NCBI RefSeq assembly: GCF_009914755.1
Contig: NC_060938.1
DNA length: 64,000 nt
Strand: one strand, 5' to 3'
DNA from: the human T2T-CHM13v2.0 reference genome, Homo sapiens
Part shown: positions 51,944 through 64,000 of the stretch, piece after piece
How positions within the stretch are numbered: position 1 is the first letter of the stretch
How the letters are laid out: each line of letters begins with the position of its first letter
Translations under genes and position numbers: made by a program
Notes under the pieces: model-generated
What the model saw: only the letters and a program-made list of their open reading frames with translations
What the model was told of the DNA's origin: nothing
Database searches by the model: none

Positions 51944-52889
51944 CCGCCCGCCGCCTCTTAAAGGCGCCGCGCCGGCCCTCGCGGCTACCCGGCGCCTGTT
52001 TGTGTCCCCGGGTGTGGGGTGCGGGGCGCGGGGCTTCCTGGGGGCGGCCGTGGCCCGGCGGTCTTACTTCGGGAAGGGAGCCGCGGTGTGGGCGTGTGTT
52101 CCGCCTGGCCTTTGGGGGCGACCGAGCCGCTGAGTTTCGGAAACGTCTCTGTACCCCCAGCAGGGTTCAGCACCCCCAAGGCAATCCATTGCAACTGCGC
52201 CCGGAAGGAGACCTTCCAGGAATTCGCCCCTTCCCTCGAGGAAGCGGACCCTGGCCCAGGATGGGGCCCCCGGGGGGGTGGGTGAACACCCAGGGGCCCT
52301 CCTAGGCGTAGGACGTGACCACCAGTTCTCACTCTAGGTCCCCTTCACTGAGGGGGGAAGGGGCGGGGACTGGAGGCGACAGCGACAACAGCGGCCGTCC
52401 CCGGAGACCCCTTCCTCAGGGGTGCGGGTCAGCGTCGGCGCCGGGGAGTCACTAAACCCCGCCTACCCTGCCCTGCCCTATGGGGCAGCCAGGGAGCTTT
52501 CCTGCCTCAATGGTCTCTGGGTTTGGGAAGGAGAAATGGACTTCTCTCCCCAGGCCCAGGCAGGAAAAATGGATTCCCGTGGAGGGAAGGCTCAGAAAAG
52601 TTTGAGAGGAGACACTGAAGCTGGCCTTGGAAATCAAGGAGATTTTGATGGAGCAGGGAAGGGGGATGAGCTTGAATTGAGGCTGGGAGACAAGAAAAAG
52701 CCAAGTTGCCAGCGGGTGACCAAGACTTCCCTTGATCACACTTGAGTCAGGCTCCTCCGAGACCTCTTTCTGACCAGGCCCCGACCTTGGGCTCTGTCCT
52801 TGGCCTTCTTAGTCCAGTTTTAGCCAGAATCCTGCTGTCAAGAATATCTCCACGCTTGGTATGTGATCACCCTGGCCGGCCTACATTAA

Positions 52890-60783
<7,894 letters not shown>

Positions 60784-60863
60784 GTGGTGTAATGTGGTGT
60801 GTATGGTAACTGGTAACTGTGTAGTATAATGCAGCGTGTATATGTGGTGTGTTTTTAACTTGC

Positions 60864-61218
60864 TATATTAGTTCATTTTCACACTGCTAATAAAGACATA
60901 ACCAAAACTGGGAATAAAAAGAGGTTTAATTGGACTTACAGTTCCACATGGCTGGGGAGGCCTCAGAATCATGGCAGGAGGGCAAAGTCACTTCTTACAT
61001 GGTGGCAGCAAGAGAAAAATGAGGAAGAAGCAAAAGTGGAAACCCCTGATAAACCCATCAAATGTTGTGAGACTTATTCACTATCACGAGAATATCACAG
61101 GAAAGAATTTCCCCCATGATTCGATTATCTCCCCCTGGGTCCCTCCCACAACACGTGGGAATTCTGGGAGATACAATTCAAGTTGAGATTTGGGTGGGGA
61201 CACCACCAAACCATATCA
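60864..61218 (-). mobile_element. THE1 (THE1C-like) solo LTR
   Basis: Intact 355-bp LTR, tatattagttcattttcacactgct...ccaaaccatatca, with 5-bp TSD cttgc/cttgg. Confidence 0.9.
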
Positions 61219-61244
61219 CTTGGGTTTTTAACCCAAGTGTAGGG

Positions 61245-61979
<735 letters not shown>

Positions 61980-62305
61980 AGAAATTAGATCTAAAGTCTT
62001 GATTAGAGTCAAGTTAAAAGCTTTGGACTGAAATACATTATAGATGGTGTTATGTATGTCAGAAAATACAGAAGGTCTGGTTGTTCTAAGATTTTTACAT
62101 ATGTCCGCACCCATGGAACCAAAGCCCAAATCAATATAGAGAACATTCCTAGCTCCCCAGCTACCTCTGGTGCCCTCTTCTTGATAATATCAAGGCAATG
62201 CAATGCCTATAGTAATGCAAGAATTGCCTAATACAAGAAGTTTCCTCTGAATGTGTCCTTTGATTTGTCAACTCCCTTGCGTGGGGGCACACAAAACAAA
62301 CTTCT

Positions 62306-63989
<1,684 letters not shown>

Positions 63990-64000
63990 CTTCTATTCTG

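Larger units (their letters stand above)
50700..52450. promoter_or_regulatory. ITPK1: CpG island / ITPK1 promoter
   Basis: Very high GC with unsuppressed CpG. Contains multiple GC boxes (GGGGCGGGG), ETS cores (GGAAGT at 51781-51786 on minus; AGGAAGC at 51911) and an NRF1-like GCGCACGCG (~51727). A TATA-like TTTAAGA lies on the minus strand at 51956-51962. Confidence 0.92.

Overview
Human (primate) genomic DNA, Alu-rich and GC-rich, containing the 5' half of ITPK1 (inositol-tetrakisphosphate 1-kinase) on the minus strand. The gene elements visible are: a CpG-island promoter (~50.7-52.45 kb); non-coding exon 1 (donor at 51764/51763); coding exon 2 (ATG at 51155, 95 coding nt, MQTFLKGKRV...ELCR); a 38.4-kb intron; and a 25-nt coding microexon at 12588-12612 (KRGMEVVQ) that the ORF track misses. 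The rest of the gene lies beyond the left edge. About 12 kb upstream is nearly all Alu, L2 and MaLR LTR sequence. Almost all other ORFs in the track are Alu-derived or chance GC-rich frames. I found no convincing new gene or multi-gene system. The most interesting signals are small-scale: (i) a 24-bp tandem duplication that produces two perfect heat-shock elements next to a perfect CRE; (ii) several perfect hairpins inside old repeats that look like replication template-switch scars, one mirrored by a deletion in an adjacent inverted Alu; (iii) a diverged ~150-bp non-transposon direct duplication; (iv) a G-quadruplex-type repeat grown out of a MIR that shares a 12-mer with the microexon; (v) two strong CTCF motifs. 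Repeat family names and coordinates were assigned by eye and are approximate unless target-site duplications are given.
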